A stretch of DNA of 64,000 nt, from NCBI RefSeq assembly GCF_030013595.1, contig NZ_CP122768.1; one strand, written 5' to 3'. Below, piece after piece: positions 21,798 to 35,317 of the stretch. Origin of the DNA: Escherichia coli. Lineage in GTDB: Bacteria; Pseudomonadota; Gammaproteobacteria; Enterobacterales; Enterobacteriaceae. The notes under the pieces were generated by a model. The model did not search any database. It was not told the origin of the DNA and saw nothing but the letters and a program-made list of their open reading frames with translations. A program made the translations under genes and the position numbers. Numbering within the stretch: the first letter of the stretch is position 1; every line of letters begins with the position of its first letter.

Positions 21798-22862
21798 ATG
21801 AAAAACGCCACATGCTTAACTGACGATCAACGCTGGCAATCTGTCTTAGCCCGCGACCCGAATGCCGACGGCGAATTCGTTTTCGCCGTGCGCACCACGG
21901 GTATCTTTTGCCGTCCGTCTTGCCGCGCCAGACATGCCTTGCGGGAAAATGTCTCCTTCTACGCAAATGCCAGCGAGGCACTCGCCGCCGGATTTCGCCC
22001 CTGCAAACGTTGTCAGCCAGACAAAGCCAATCCCCGGCAACATCGCCTTGATAAAATTACCCACGCCTGCCGACTGCTGGAACAGGAAACGCCTGTAACG
22101 CTGGAGGCCTTAGCCGATCAGGTGGCGATGAGTCCGTTCCATCTGCATCGATTGTTTAAAGCCACCACCGGGATGACACCGAAAGCCTGGCAACAGGCCT
22201 GGCGCGCTCGCCGTTTGCGCGAGTCGTTAGCGAAAGGGGAGAGCGTGACTACATCTATTCTTAACGCCGGATTCCCCGACAGCAGCAGTTACTACCGCAA
22301 AGCCGACGAAACGCTGGGCATGACGGCTAAACAATTCCGTCACGGTGGCGAAAATCTGGCGGTGCGTTACGCGCTGGCTGATTGTGAGCTGGGCCGTTGC
22401 CTGGTGGCAGAAAGCGAGCGGGGGATTTGCGCGATATTGCTGGGCGATGATGACGCGACACTAATCAGCGAGTTGCAGCAGATGTTTCCCGCTGCCGACA
22501 AAGCGCCTGCCGATCTGACGTTTCAGCAACATGTGCGTGAAGTGATCGCCAGCCTCAATCAACGCGATACGCCGCTGACGTTACCGCTGGATATTCGCGG
22601 CACTGCTTTTCAGCAACAAGTCTGGCAGGCACTGCGCACGATACCTTGTGGTGAAACCGTCAGTTATCAGCAACTGGCGAACGCCATCGGCAAACCGAAA
22701 GCGGTACGTGCCGTTGCCAGCGCCTGTGCCGCCAACAAGCTGGCTATCATAATACCCTGTCATCGGGTGGTCCGTGGTGATGGCACACTTTCCGGTTACC
22801 GCTGGGGCGTGTCGCGCAAAGCGCAACTGCTGCGCCGCGAAGTTGAAAATGAGGAGAGGTAA
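21798..22862 (+). CDS. ada: bifunctional Ada regulator / O6-methylguanine-DNA methyltransferase
   Basis: 354 aa with an N-terminal Zn-Cys cluster (CRPSC...CKRC), an AraC-type HTH and the C-terminal PCHRV active site. Confidence 0.95.
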   Translation: MKNATCLTDDQRWQSVLARDPNADGEFVFAVRTTGIFCRPSCRARHALRENVSFYANASEALAAGFRPCKRCQPDKANPRQHRLDKITHACRLLEQETPVTLEALADQVAMSPFHLHRLFKATTGMTPKAWQQAWRARRLRESLAKGESVTTSILNAGFPDSSSYYRKADETLGMTAKQFRHGGENLAVRYALADCELGRCLVAESERGICAILLGDDDATLISELQQMFPAADKAPADLTFQQHVREVIASLNQRDTPLTLPLDIRGTAFQQQVWQALRTIPCGETVSYQQLANAIGKPKAVRAVASACAANKLAIIIPCHRVVRGDGTLSGYRWGVSRKAQLLRREVENEER

Positions 22863-23512
22863 TGTTGGATCTGTTTGCCGATGCTGAACCGTGGCAAGAG
22901 CCACTGGCGGCTGGAGCGGTGATTTTACGGCGTTTTGCTTTTAACGCTGCGGAGCAACTGATCCGCGATATTAATGATGTTGCCAGCCAGTCGCCGTTTC
23001 GCCAGATGGTCACTCCAGGCGGATATACCATGTCGGTGGCGATGACCAACTGTGGGCATCTGGGCTGGACGACCCATCGGCAAGGTTATCTCTATTCGCC
23101 CATTGATCCGCAAACAAATAAACCGTGGCCCGCCATGCCACAAAGCTTTCATGATTTATGTCAACGTGCGGCTACGGCGGCGGGCTATCCAGATTTCCAG
23201 CCAGATGCTTGTCTTATCAACCGCTACGCTCCTGGCGCGAAACTGTCGCTGCATCAGGATAAAGACGAACCGGATCTGCGCGCGCCGATTGTTTCTGTTT
23301 CTCTGGGCTTACCCGCGATTTTTCAATTTGGCGGCCTGAAACGAAATGATCCGCTAAAACGTTTGTTGTTGGAACATGGCGATGTGGTGGTATGGGGCGG
23401 TGAATCGCGGCTGTTTTATCATGGCATTCAACCGTTGAAAGCGGGGTTTCATCCACTCGCCGGCGACTGCCGCTACAACCTGACATTCCGGCAGGCAGGT
23501 AAAAAAGAATAA
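22862..23512 (+). CDS. alkB: alpha-ketoglutarate/Fe(II)-dependent DNA dealkylase AlkB
   Basis: 216 aa with an HxD...H motif (LHQDKDE ... FYHGI). Its start overlaps the ada stop. Confidence 0.95.
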   Translation: MLDLFADAEPWQEPLAAGAVILRRFAFNAAEQLIRDINDVASQSPFRQMVTPGGYTMSVAMTNCGHLGWTTHRQGYLYSPIDPQTNKPWPAMPQSFHDLCQRAATAAGYPDFQPDACLINRYAPGAKLSLHQDKDEPDLRAPIVSVSLGLPAIFQFGGLKRNDPLKRLLLEHGDVVVWGGESRLFYHGIQPLKAGFHPLAGDCRYNLTFRQAGKKE

Positions 23513-23587
23513 AAATAAGAATTATTATTGCTGTGTGCGCGAAGATGTTTAAACTGCGGGCTGTAATTCATTGTCCGGGTTTTCTGC

Positions 23588-25231
23588 ATGGAACTTCTTG
23601 TACTTGTCTGGCGGCAGTATCGCTGGCCATTTATCAGTGTGATGGCGCTAAGCCTCGCCAGTGCGGCTTTAGGCATTGGCTTAATTGCTTTTATCAATCA
23701 GCGCCTTATCGAAACGGCGGATACCAGTCTGCTGGTGTTGCCGGAGTTTCTGGGATTATTGCTGCTGTTGATGGCAGTCACTCTCGGATCGCAACTGGCG
23801 CTCACCACTTTGGGGCATCACTTCGTTTACCGACTGCGTAGTGAATTTATCAAGCGGATTCTCGATACTCACGTTGAGCGCATTGAACAACTCGGTAGCG
23901 CCTCGTTGCTGGCGGGATTAACCAGCGATGTGCGCAATATCACCATTGCTTTTGTGCGTCTGCCGGAACTGGTGCAGGGGATCATCCTCACTATCGGTTC
24001 CGCGGCGTACTTGTGGATGCTGTCGGGCAAAATGTTGCTGGTAACGGCTATCTGGATGGCAGTCACCATCTGGGGCGGTTTTATACTGGTGGCGCGGGTG
24101 TACAAACATATGGCGACCCTGCGTGAAACCGAAGATAAGCTGTACACGGATTTTCAAACCGTACTCGAAGGGCGCAAAGAGCTGACTCTGAACCGTGAAC
24201 GCGCCGAGTATGTGTTTAACAACCTCTACATTCCTGATGCGCAAGAATATCGCCATCATATTATCCGCGCAGACACCTTCCATCTTAGTGCCGTGAACTG
24301 GTCAAACATCATGATGCTGGGCGCAATCGGTCTGGTGTTCTGGATGGCGAACAGTCTCGGTTGGGCTGATACCAACGTTGCCGCGACCTATTCGTTGACG
24401 CTGTTATTCCTGCGTACGCCGCTGCTTTCGGCGGTTGGTGCATTACCGACGCTGCTGACGGCGCAGGTGGCGTTTAACAAGCTGAACAAATTCGCACTCG
24501 CGCCTTTCAAAGCAGAGTTTCCGCGCCCACAGGCGTTTCCCAACTGGCAAACGCTGGAGCTGCGTAACGTGACGTTTGCTTATCAGGATAACGCGTTTTC
24601 CGTTGGGCCGATTAACCTCACCATCAAACGTGGCGAGCTGCTGTTTCTGATTGGCGGCAACGGTAGCGGAAAATCGACGCTGGCGATGTTGCTGACGGGC
24701 TTGTATCAGCCACAAAGCGGCGAAATCTTGCTGGATGGCAACCCTGTCAGCGGCGAACAACCGGAAGATTATCGCAAACTGTTTTCGGCAGTGTTTACCG
24801 ATGTCTGGCTGTTCGATCAACTGTTGGGGCCGGAGGGTCAACCCGCTAACCCGCAACTGATTGAGAAGTGGCTGGTGCAGCTGAAAATGGCTCATAAGCT
24901 TGAGTTAAGCAACGGGCGTATTGTTAACCTGAAGTTATCAAAAGGGCAGAAAAAACGCGTCGCGCTGTTGCTGGCGCTGGCAGAAGAACGCGATATTATC
25001 CTGCTGGATGAATGGGCGGCGGATCAGGATCCACACTTCCGTCGTGAGTTTTATCAGGTGTTGCTGCCGCTGATGCAGGAGATGGGTAAAACTATTTTCG
25101 CCATCAGTCATGATGATCATTACTTTATCCACGCCGACCGCCTGCTGGAAATGCGCAACGGGCAACTTAGCGAGCTGACGGGCGAAGAGCGCGATGCCGC
25201 TTCGCGTGATGCTATTGCCCGGACGGCATAA
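23588..25231 (+). CDS. yojI: ABC transporter (fused permease/ATPase) YojI
   Basis: 547 aa with N-terminal transmembrane helices, Walker A (GGNGSGKST), an ABC signature (LSKGQKKR) and Walker B (ILLDE). Confidence 0.9.
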   Translation: MELLVLVWRQYRWPFISVMALSLASAALGIGLIAFINQRLIETADTSLLVLPEFLGLLLLLMAVTLGSQLALTTLGHHFVYRLRSEFIKRILDTHVERIEQLGSASLLAGLTSDVRNITIAFVRLPELVQGIILTIGSAAYLWMLSGKMLLVTAIWMAVTIWGGFILVARVYKHMATLRETEDKLYTDFQTVLEGRKELTLNRERAEYVFNNLYIPDAQEYRHHIIRADTFHLSAVNWSNIMMLGAIGLVFWMANSLGWADTNVAATYSLTLLFLRTPLLSAVGALPTLLTAQVAFNKLNKFALAPFKAEFPRPQAFPNWQTLELRNVTFAYQDNAFSVGPINLTIKRGELLFLIGGNGSGKSTLAMLLTGLYQPQSGEILLDGNPVSGEQPEDYRKLFSAVFTDVWLFDQLLGPEGQPANPQLIEKWLVQLKMAHKLELSNGRIVNLKLSKGQKKRVALLLALAEERDIILLDEWAADQDPHFRREFYQVLLPLMQEMGKTIFAISHDDHYFIHADRLLEMRNGQLSELTGEERDAASRDAIARTA

Positions 25232-25436
25232 TATTACGACGCTGACCTGGCGGACTGCTGCCGCCAGGTCAATATGCTAAAAATCCCTTCATTTCTAATA
25301 ACCCTATAATTAATCAACGAAATTATAATGTTTCTAAAATTAGAATATAATTTATAAACATTATTTAAATGTTGTTACTTAAGTGTTACCGTTGATGCCG
25401 CGCAAATCTCACCTGCAATAAAGCGACTAAAAGTAA

Positions 25437-27095
<1,659 letters not shown>

Positions 27096-27101
27096 TGATA
27101 T

Positions 27102-27222
27102 GCCACATCCGGCATGGTATGCCGGATGTGGCTTATGCTGATAAGACGCGCCATCGTCGCATCAGTCAACCGGCTCGGGCGTTAGATGTCGGATGCGGCG
27201 TGACCGCCTTATCCGACCTACG
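27102..27222. repeat. palindromic terminator-like hairpin plus REP elements
   Basis: A GCCACATCCGGCAT-ggt-ATGCCGGATGTGGC hairpin is followed by REP-type units (for example GTCGGATGCGGCGTGACCGCCTTATCCGACCTAC). They lie in the mqo/eco convergent gap. Confidence 0.6.
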
Positions 27223-27244
27223 GGGTGCCGCACTTCACAGCAGT

Positions 27245-27733
27245 TTAGCGAACTACCGCGTTGTCAATTTTCTCTTCCGCCTTCCAGATGCGGTATTTCA
27301 CATCCACATTGTCTGGCGTATACACCACGATCGGCAGCTTGCTGTTGTAACGCAGCATTCCAGCATCGCCCAGATACGCGGTGACAAATTTCTTCTCTTT
27401 TTTGCCATCCGGGCAGGCCATCATCGTGGAAACCGGGGAACTGACTTTATCAAAGACATAATAATCATAGCCCCAGCCTTCCAGCGTTTTGCTTTCCAGC
27501 TTCCCGCCGAGACGATGCAAATTGCAATCGACTTCCAGCGTCTGACCGATTAACAGTTCTACTTTCAGGGTAGATTCATCTTTTTGCGGGGTTAACTGAA
27601 TCACCTGACGCTTCATGCCTTTTTCAGCTTGTGGATAAGGCGCGATTTTTTCCAGTGGCTGGACACTCTCTGCCGCCCAGGCGGAAGTGGTGGCGAAAGC
27701 GGCAAACAATACTGCAGGTAGAATGGTCTTCAT
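27245..27733 (-). CDS. eco: periplasmic serine protease inhibitor ecotin
   Basis: 162 aa with a signal peptide (AFATTSAWA). Recognised as ecotin from sequence. Confidence 0.95.
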   Translation of the reverse strand: MKTILPAVLFAAFATTSAWAAESVQPLEKIAPYPQAEKGMKRQVIQLTPQKDESTLKVELLIGQTLEVDCNLHRLGGKLESKTLEGWGYDYYVFDKVSSPVSTMMACPDGKKEKKFVTAYLGDAGMLRYNSKLPIVVYTPDNVDVKYRIWKAEEKIDNAVVR

Positions 27734-27992
27734 TTTTTTGCTTTCCTTCTTTATTTATAGGTTTTCACCGATGATGTCGCTGAAGGTTAACATATTCATC
27801 AGATTTATTAATTTGCTTTATGAATAACTTAAAGAACATTCAGACAATTTTACCTGCTCTTTTAGTGTTAAATTCTGATGAGGGAGCAAACCGACATAAA
27901 TATCTCTGGTGAATTAATCGCTATATAAATATGTTTATAACCATTTGAAATGTGAGCAAAAGCCAGTTTTTGCCACGCTTCCCGCCACTCTT

Positions 27993-28027
27993 TTGATCCT
28001 GCTACAGGTTTTACCCCGATCGGGGTA
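27993..28027 (+). promoter_or_regulatory. napF control region: FNR half-site region and NarP/NarL 7-2-7 site
   Basis: TTGATcctgCTACA is FNR-like. The perfect palindrome TACCCCG-AT-CGGGGTA has the NarP/NarL heptamer 7-2-7 form. Both lie about 115-150 nt upstream of napF. Confidence 0.6.
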
Positions 28028-28140
28028 TGCATCTTTGACACATCCTTTAATATCTTAGCGGCTATAAAAATGGCTTATTAATTATGCGGTTTATTTGGTC
28101 GCTCTCAATTTTCAGAGCGCGTTAATGATGGAAGGTCAAT

Positions 28141-28635
28141 GTGAAGATTGATGCATCCCGTCGGGGCATACTCACTGGTCGCTGGCGCAAAGCCAGTAAC
28201 GGTATCCGTCCGCCCTGGTCCGGTGATGAATCTCATTTTCTGACCCATTGCACCCGCTGCGACGCCTGTATTAATGCTTGTGAAAACAACATTCTGCAAC
28301 GCGGCGCGGGCGGCTATCCGAGCGTTAACTTCAAAAATAACGAGTGCAGCTTCTGTTACGCCTGCGCGCAGGCTTGCCCCGAATCGCTATTTTCTCCGCG
28401 CCACACCAGGGCCTGGGATTTGCAGTTCACCATTGGGGACGCGTGCCTGGCGTATCAGTCAGTTGAATGCCGCCGCTGTCAGGATAGCTGTGAGCCAATG
28501 GCAATTATCTTTCGCCCGACGCTCTCCGGGATCTACCAGCCGCAACTTAATAGCCAACTTTGCAACGGATGTGGAGCATGTGCAGCCAGCTGTCCGGTAT
28601 CAGCCATAACTGCGGAGTATCTCCATGCACACTAA
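28141..28635 (+). CDS. napF: ferredoxin-type protein NapF
   Basis: 164 aa with a GTG start and multiple CxxCxxCxxxC 4Fe-4S motifs. Confidence 0.9.
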   Translation: MKIDASRRGILTGRWRKASNGIRPPWSGDESHFLTHCTRCDACINACENNILQRGAGGYPSVNFKNNECSFCYACAQACPESLFSPRHTRAWDLQFTIGDACLAYQSVECRRCQDSCEPMAIIFRPTLSGIYQPQLNSQLCNGCGACAASCPVSAITAEYLHAH

Positions 28636-28888
28636 CTGGCAAGTTTGCAGCCTGGTCGTGCAGGCCAAAAGCGAACGAATTTCAGACATCAGCACCCAAC
28701 TGAACGCCTTTCCCGGCTGTGAAGTTGCTGTCAGCGACGCGCCGAGCGGTCAGTTGATTGTGGTGGTGGAAGCAGAAGACAGCGAAACGCTGATTCAAAC
28801 CATTGAGTCAGTACGCAACGTAGAGGGCGTGCTGGCGGTGTCGCTGGTTTATCACCAGCAGGAAGAGCAAGGTGAGGAAACACCATGA
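28625..28888 (+). CDS. napD: NapA chaperone NapD
   Basis: 87 aa. It overlaps napF and napA, as expected from the nap operon order. Confidence 0.9.
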   Translation: MHTNWQVCSLVVQAKSERISDISTQLNAFPGCEVAVSDAPSGQLIVVVEAEDSETLIQTIESVRNVEGVLAVSLVYHQQEEQGEETP

Positions 28889-31371
28889 AACTCAGTCGTC
28901 GTAGCTTTATGAAAGCTAACGCCGTTGCGGCCGCTGCGGCGGCTGCCGGTCTCAGCGTGCCGGGCGTTGCCCGCGCCGTTGTTGGTCAGCAGGAAGCCAT
29001 TAAATGGGATAAAGCGCCGTGCCGTTTCTGCGGTACTGGTTGCGGCGTTCTGGTCGGAACGCAGCAGGGGCGTGTGGTGGCCTGTCAGGGCGACCCGGAC
29101 GCACCGGTTAACCGTGGTCTGAACTGCATTAAGGGCTATTTCCTGCCCAAAATCATGTACGGTAAAGACCGTTTGACGCAGCCGCTTCTGCGTATGAAAA
29201 ACGGTAAATATGACAAAGAAGGCGAATTTACCCCAATCACCTGGGATCAGGCCTTCGATGTGATGGAAGAGAAATTCAAAACCGCCCTGAAAGAAAAAGG
29301 GCCGGAATCGATCGGTATGTTCGGTTCTGGTCAGTGGACTATCTGGGAAGGTTATGCCGCGTCCAAGCTGTTTAAAGCGGGATTCCGTTCGAACAACATC
29401 GACCCGAACGCGCGTCACTGTATGGCGTCGGCGGTAGTTGGCTTTATGCGTACCTTTGGTATGGATGAGCCGATGGGCTGCTATGACGACATCGAGCAGG
29501 CTGATGCGTTTGTGCTGTGGGGCGCGAACATGGCGGAGATGCACCCGATCCTCTGGTCGCGCATCACTAACCGTCGTCTCTCCAACCAGAACGTCACCGT
29601 GGCGGTGCTTTCTACCTACCAGCATCGTAGCTTCGAGCTGGCGGATAACGGCATCATCTTTACGCCGCAATCAGACCTGGTGATCCTGAACTACATCGCC
29701 AACTATATCATTCAAAACAATGCGATAAATCAGGACTTCTTTAGCAAACACGTTAACCTGCGCAAAGGGGCGACGGACATCGGCTACGGTTTACGTCCGA
29801 CCCATCCGCTGGAAAAAGCAGCGAAGAATCCGGGTTCTGATGCTTCCGAACCGATGAGCTTTGAAGATTACAAAGCCTTCGTTGCTGAGTATACGCTGGA
29901 AAAAACCGCTGAAATGACCGGCGTGCCGAAAGACCAGTTAGAACAACTGGCGCAGCTGTATGCCGATCCGAACAAGAAAGTCATCTCCTACTGGACGATG
30001 GGCTTCAACCAGCATACTCGTGGCGTGTGGGCCAACAACCTGGTCTACAACCTGCACCTGCTGACCGGCAAAATTTCCCAGCCGGGTTGCGGTCCGTTCT
30101 CCCTGACCGGGCAGCCTTCCGCGTGTGGTACTGCGCGTGAAGTGGGCACCTTTGCTCACCGTCTGCCTGCGGACATGGTGGTAACTAACGAGAAACATCG
30201 TGATATCTGCGAGAAGAAGTGGAATATCCCGAGCGGCACCATTCCGGCGAAAATCGGTCTGCATGCGGTAGCACAAGACCGTGCGCTGAAAGACGGCAAG
30301 CTGAATGTTTACTGGACCATGTGTACCAACAACATGCAGGCCGGGCCGAACATCAATGAAGAGCGTATGCCGGGCTGGCGCGATCCGCGCAACTTCATCA
30401 TCGTCTCCGATCCGTATCCGACAGTCAGTGCGCTGGCCGCCGACTTGATCCTGCCGACCGCAATGTGGGTAGAGAAAGAGGGGGCTTACGGTAACGCCGA
30501 ACGCCGTACTCAGTTCTGGCGTCAGCAGGTACAGGCACCGGGCGAAGCGAAATCGGATCTCTGGCAGTTAGTCCAGTTCTCCCGCCGCTTCAAAACAGAA
30601 GAAGTATGGCCGGAAGAGCTGCTGGCGAAGAAACCGGAACTGCGTGGCAAAACGCTGTACGAAGTGCTGTATGCCACCCCCGAAGTGAGCAAATACCCGG
30701 TATCCGAACTGGCGGAAGATCAGCTGAACGATGAATCCCGCGAGCTGGGCTTCTATCTGCAAAAAGGGCTGTTCGAAGAGTACGCATGGTTTGGTCGCGG
30801 TCACGGTCACGATCTCGCGCCGTTCGATGACTACCACAAAGCGCGCGGTCTGCGCTGGCCGGTGGTGAACGGTAAAGAAACGCAGTGGCGTTACAGCGAA
30901 GGTAACGACCCGTACGTGAAAGCGGGCGAAGGCTACAAGTTCTACGGTAAACCGGATGGCAAAGCGGTGATCTTCGCACTGCCATTCGAACCGGCGGCGG
31001 AAGCACCGGATGAAGAGTACGACCTGTGGCTCTCTACCGGACGCGTTCTGGAGCACTGGCACACCGGCAGTATGACTCGCCGTGTACCGGAACTGCACCG
31101 CGCCTTCCCGGAAGCGGTCCTGTTTATTCACCCGCTGGATGCGAAAGCGCGCGATCTGCGTCGTGGCGACAAAGTGAAAGTGGTTTCTCGCCGTGGCGAA
31201 GTGATCTCGATTGTCGAAACGCGCGGTCGTAACCGTCCGCCGCAGGGCCTGGTATACATGCCGTTCTTCGACGCCGCACAGCTGGTTAACAAACTGACGC
31301 TGGACGCGACCGATCCGCTCTCGAAAGAGACGGACTTCAAGAAGTGCGCGGTCAAACTGGAGAAGGTGTAA
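28885..31371 (+). CDS. napA: periplasmic nitrate reductase catalytic subunit NapA
   Basis: 828 aa with a twin-arginine signal (SRRSFMKA), an N-terminal CxxCxxxC cluster and molybdopterin oxidoreductase sequence. Confidence 0.95.
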   Translation: MKLSRRSFMKANAVAAAAAAAGLSVPGVARAVVGQQEAIKWDKAPCRFCGTGCGVLVGTQQGRVVACQGDPDAPVNRGLNCIKGYFLPKIMYGKDRLTQPLLRMKNGKYDKEGEFTPITWDQAFDVMEEKFKTALKEKGPESIGMFGSGQWTIWEGYAASKLFKAGFRSNNIDPNARHCMASAVVGFMRTFGMDEPMGCYDDIEQADAFVLWGANMAEMHPILWSRITNRRLSNQNVTVAVLSTYQHRSFELADNGIIFTPQSDLVILNYIANYIIQNNAINQDFFSKHVNLRKGATDIGYGLRPTHPLEKAAKNPGSDASEPMSFEDYKAFVAEYTLEKTAEMTGVPKDQLEQLAQLYADPNKKVISYWTMGFNQHTRGVWANNLVYNLHLLTGKISQPGCGPFSLTGQPSACGTAREVGTFAHRLPADMVVTNEKHRDICEKKWNIPSGTIPAKIGLHAVAQDRALKDGKLNVYWTMCTNNMQAGPNINEERMPGWRDPRNFIIVSDPYPTVSALAADLILPTAMWVEKEGAYGNAERRTQFWRQQVQAPGEAKSDLWQLVQFSRRFKTEEVWPEELLAKKPELRGKTLYEVLYATPEVSKYPVSELAEDQLNDESRELGFYLQKGLFEEYAWFGRGHGHDLAPFDDYHKARGLRWPVVNGKETQWRYSEGNDPYVKAGEGYKFYGKPDGKAVIFALPFEPAAEAPDEEYDLWLSTGRVLEHWHTGSMTRRVPELHRAFPEAVLFIHPLDAKARDLRRGDKVKVVSRRGEVISIVETRGRNRPPQGLVYMPFFDAAQLVNKLTLDATDPLSKETDFKKCAVKLEKV

Positions 31372-31377
31372 GCCATT

Positions 31378-32073
31378 ATGTCCCGGTCAGCGAAACCTCA
31401 AAATGGTCGCCGCCGCTTTCTGCGCGATGTCGTTCGCACAGCAGGCGGGCTGGCTGCCGTGGGTGTGGCGCTGGGGTTACAACAGCAAACCGCACGCGCA
31501 TCTGGCGTGCGGTTGCGCCCGCCCGGAGCCATAAACGAGAACGCCTTTGCCAGTGCCTGTGTGCGTTGCGGTCAGTGTGTTCAGGCTTGCCCTTACGACA
31601 CCTTAAAACTGGCGACGCTGGCCTCTGGCCTGTCGGCGGGCACGCCATATTTTGTTGCACGGGATATTCCTTGCGAAATGTGTGAGGACATTCCGTGCGC
31701 CAAAGTGTGCCCGAGCGGTGCGCTGGATCGTGAGATCGAATCGATCGACGACGCGCGGATGGGGCTGGCGGTGCTGGTGGATCAGGAAAACTGTCTCAAC
31801 TTTCAGGGGCTGCGCTGCGATGTTTGTTATCGCGAATGCCCGAAAATTGATGAGGCCATCACCCTGGAGCTGGAGCGCAACACGCGTACCGGTAAGCACG
31901 CCCGCTTTCTGCCGACGGTTCACAGCGACGCCTGTACCGGTTGCGGTAAGTGCGAAAAAGTGTGCGTGCTGGAACAACCGGCAATCAAGGTGTTACCGCT
32001 GTCACTAGCGAAAGGGGAGTTAGGTCACCATTACCGCTTCGGCTGGCTGGAGGGGAACAATGGCAAATCGTAA
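31378..32073 (+). CDS. napG: ferredoxin-type protein NapG
   Basis: 231 aa with a Tat-like motif (RRRFLR) and four Cys clusters. Confidence 0.9.
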
Positions 32074-32923
32074 ACGTGACGCCGGGCGCGAGGCGCTGGA
32101 GAAAAAAGGCTGGTGGCGCAGCCACCGTTGGCTGGTGTTACGTCGCCTTTGTCAGTTCTTCGTGCTGGGGATGTTTTTGAGCGGTCCGTGGTTTGGTGTG
32201 TGGATCTTGCACGGCAACTACAGCAGTAGCCTGTTATTCGACACCGTTCCGCTGACCGATCCGCTGATGACGCTGCAAAGTCTTGCCAGCGGTCATCTGC
32301 CTGCCACGGTGGCGTTGACCGGTGCGGTAATTATCACCGTGCTCTACGCGCTGGCAGGAAAGCGATTATTTTGCAGCTGGGTCTGCCCGCTGAACCCGAT
32401 TACCGACTTAGCGAACTGGTTACGCAGGCGCTTTGACCTCAATCAGTCTGCGACGATCCCTCGCCACATTCGCTACGTGCTGTTGGTGGTCATTCTGCTG
32501 GGATCGGCCTTAACCGGCACGCTCATCTGGGAATGGATCAACCCCGTTTCCCTGATGGGGCGCAGTCTGGTAATGGGATTCGGCAGCGGCGCGCTGCTTA
32601 TTCTCGCGCTGTTTTTATTTGATCTACTGGTCGTTGAACACGGCTGGTGCGGGCACATTTGTCCGGTTGGCGCGCTGTATGGCGTGCTGGGTAGCAAAGG
32701 TGTCATTACCGTTGCGGCCACCGATCGGCAGAAATGTAACCGCTGTATGGATTGTTTTCATGTTTGCCCGGAACCGCATGTGCTACGTGCCCCGGTGCTG
32801 GATGAACAAAGCCCGGTGCAGGTCACCAGCCGCGATTGCATGACGTGCGGTCGCTGCGTGGATGTCTGTTCTGAGGATGTATTTACAATAACTACACGAT
32901 GGAGTTCGGGAGCGAAATCATGA
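32060..32923 (+). CDS. napH: membrane ferredoxin-type protein NapH
   Basis: 287 aa with transmembrane helices and C-terminal CxxCxxC clusters. Confidence 0.9.
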
Positions 32924-33369
32924 AAAGCCATGACCTGAAGAAAGCGCTGTGTCAATGGACGGCGATGCTGGCCCTGGTGGTGAGCGGCGCGGTTTGGGCG
33001 GCTAATGGCGTCGATTTTAGCCAGTCGCCGGAAGTATCCGGGACGCAGGAAGGGGCCATTCGGATGCCAAAAGAGCAGGATCGGATGCCGCTGAACTATG
33101 TGAATCAGCCGCCAATGATCCCGCATAGCGTTGAAGGTTATCAGGTAACGACCAATACCAACCGCTGCTTGCAGTGCCACGGTGTCGAAAGCTATCGCAC
33201 CACTGGCGCGCCGCGCATCAGTCCTACTCACTTTATGGACAGCGACGGCAAAGTGGGCGCGGAAGTGGCTCCGCGTCGTTATTTCTGTCTGCAATGTCAC
33301 GTACCGCAGGCCGATACCGCGCCAATCGTGGGGAATACCTTTACCCCGTCAAAAGGTTACGGGAAATAA
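32920..33369 (+). CDS. napB: diheme cytochrome c NapB
   Basis: 149 aa counted from MKSHDLKK, an internal Met of the ORF-track entry. It has two CxxCH motifs (CLQCH twice). Confidence 0.9.
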   Translation: MKSHDLKKALCQWTAMLALVVSGAVWAANGVDFSQSPEVSGTQEGAIRMPKEQDRMPLNYVNQPPMIPHSVEGYQVTTNTNRCLQCHGVESYRTTGAPRISPTHFMDSDGKVGAEVAPRRYFCLQCHVPQADTAPIVGNTFTPSKGYGK

Positions 33370-33378
33370 GAGGTTATT

Positions 33379-33981
33379 ATGGGAAATTCTGACCGTAAGC
33401 CTGGTCTGATTAAGCGCCTGTGGAAATGGTGGCGTACTCCCAGCCGTCTGGCGCTGGGGACGCTGCTGTTGATCGGCTTTGTTGGCGGCATCGTCTTCTG
33501 GGGCGGCTTTAACACCGGGATGGAAAAAGCCAATACCGAAGAGTTCTGCATTAGCTGCCACGAAATGCGTAACACGGTGTATCAGGAATACATGGATTCC
33601 GTGCACTACAACAACCGTAGCGGCGTTCGTGCGACCTGTCCGGATTGTCACGTTCCGCACGAGTTTGTGCCGAAGATGATACGCAAGCTCAAAGCAAGTA
33701 AAGAGCTGTATGGTAAAATTTTTGGCGTTATTGACACGCCGCAGAAATTTGAAGCTCATCGCCTGACGATGGCACAGAATGAGTGGCGGCGCATGAAGGA
33801 CAATAACTCGCAGGAGTGCCGTAACTGTCACAACTTCGAGTATATGGATACAACCGCCCAGAAATCGGTTGCCGCGAAGATGCATGACCAGGCGGTGAAA
33901 GATGGGCAAACCTGTATTGATTGCCATAAAGGGATAGCGCACAAGCTGCCCGATATGCGCGAAGTCGAGCCAGGTTTTTAA
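33379..33981 (+). CDS. napC: tetraheme cytochrome c NapC (NapC/NirT family)
   Basis: 200 aa with an N-terminal membrane anchor and four CxxCH motifs (CISCH, CPDCH, CRNCH, CIDCH). Confidence 0.95.
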   Translation: MGNSDRKPGLIKRLWKWWRTPSRLALGTLLLIGFVGGIVFWGGFNTGMEKANTEEFCISCHEMRNTVYQEYMDSVHYNNRSGVRATCPDCHVPHEFVPKMIRKLKASKELYGKIFGVIDTPQKFEAHRLTMAQNEWRRMKDNNSQECRNCHNFEYMDTTAQKSVAAKMHDQAVKDGQTCIDCHKGIAHKLPDMREVEPGF

Positions 33982-33993
33982 CAGGGTTATTGC

Positions 33994-34617
33994 GTGGGTA
34001 TGCTTGAAGCCAGAGAGTTACTTTGCGAGCGGGATGAACGAACCTTATTTAGTGGCTTGTCATTTACGCTGAACGCAGGAGAGTGGGTACAAATCACCGG
34101 TAGCAACGGCGCGGGGAAGACAACGCTTCTCCGTTTGCTGACGGGGTTGTCTCGCCCTGATGCGGGTGACGTTCTCTGGCAAGGGCAGCCCTTGCATCAG
34201 GTACGCGACAGCTACCATCAAAACCTGTTATGGATAGGCCATCAGCCGGGGATCAAAACCCGGCTGACGGCGTTAGAAAATCTGCACTTTTATCATCGCG
34301 ATGGCGATACCGCACAATGTCTGGAAGCCCTGGCGCAGGCCGGGCTTGCCGGATTCGAAGATATTCCGGTAAATCAACTTTCTGCCGGGCAACAACGCCG
34401 CGTCGCTTTAGCGCGTCTGTGGCTAACCCGTGCCACGTTATGGATCCTCGACGAGCCTTTTACCGCGATTGACGTTAACGGCGTCGATCGTCTGACCCAG
34501 CGTATGGCGCAGCATACGGAGCAGGGGGGGATTGTGATTCTGACTACCCACCAGCCGCTCAACGTTGCTGAAAGTAAAATTCGCCGCATTTCACTGACGC
34601 AAACGAGGGCCGCATGA
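33994..34617 (+). CDS. ccmA: heme exporter ATPase CcmA
   Basis: 207 aa with Walker A (GSNGAGKTT), an ABC signature (LSAGQQRR) and Walker B (ILDE). Confidence 0.95.
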   Translation: MGMLEARELLCERDERTLFSGLSFTLNAGEWVQITGSNGAGKTTLLRLLTGLSRPDAGDVLWQGQPLHQVRDSYHQNLLWIGHQPGIKTRLTALENLHFYHRDGDTAQCLEALAQAGLAGFEDIPVNQLSAGQQRRVALARLWLTRATLWILDEPFTAIDVNGVDRLTQRMAQHTEQGGIVILTTHQPLNVAESKIRRISLTQTRAA

Positions 34618-35276
34618 TGTTCTGGCGCATTTTCCGTCTTGAGCTGCGCGTAGCGTTTCGCCATAGCGCCGAAATCGCCAACCCGCTGTGGTTCTTCCTG
34701 ATTGTCATTACCCTTTTTCCGCTCAGTATCGGTCCGGAGCCGCAACTGCTGGCGCGTATTGCGCCGGGCATTATCTGGGTTGCTGCGCTGCTTTCATCCT
34801 TGCTGGCACTGGAGCGTCTGTTCCGTGACGATTTGCAGGACGGCAGTCTTGAACAATTGATGTTGTTGCCGTTACCCTTGCCCGCCGTTGTGCTGGCGAA
34901 GGTGATGGCGCACTGGATGGTAACCGGTCTGCCGTTACTTATCCTTTCGCCCCTGGTAGCAATGCTACTGGGAATGGATGTTTATGGCTGGCAAGTGATG
35001 GCGCTGACGCTACTGCTGGGAACGCCTACGCTTGGCTTTCTCGGAGCACCGGGCGTGGCGCTGACAGTGGGACTTAAGCGCGGTGGTGTGCTGCTCAGCA
35101 TTCTCGTATTACCGCTGACTATCCCATTACTCATCTTTGCCACCGCCGCGATGGACGCGGCTTCTATGCATTTGCCCGTTGATGGGTATCTGGCAATTTT
35201 AGGCGCGTTGCTGGCAGGCACCGCGACATTAAGTCCTTTTGCGACGGCGGCAGCGTTACGAATCAGCATTCAATAA
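34614..35276 (+). CDS. ccmB: heme exporter permease CcmB
   Basis: 220-aa polytopic membrane protein. It overlaps ccmA by 4 nt. Confidence 0.95.
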
Positions 35277-35317
35277 CGCTGGATTACTGATTTTTGTTCG
35301 AGTCTGGTATCGAAACT

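Noticed and set aside
28852-29670. 272-aa ORF antisense to napD/napA, and similar antisense ORFs such as 30568-31131, 37426-38175, 33349-33942 and 57115-57615
   Set aside because: All are embedded opposite well-supported conserved genes (napA, ccmF, napC, yejK). Their products are Arg/His-rich and nonsense-like, so they are antisense frame artefacts.
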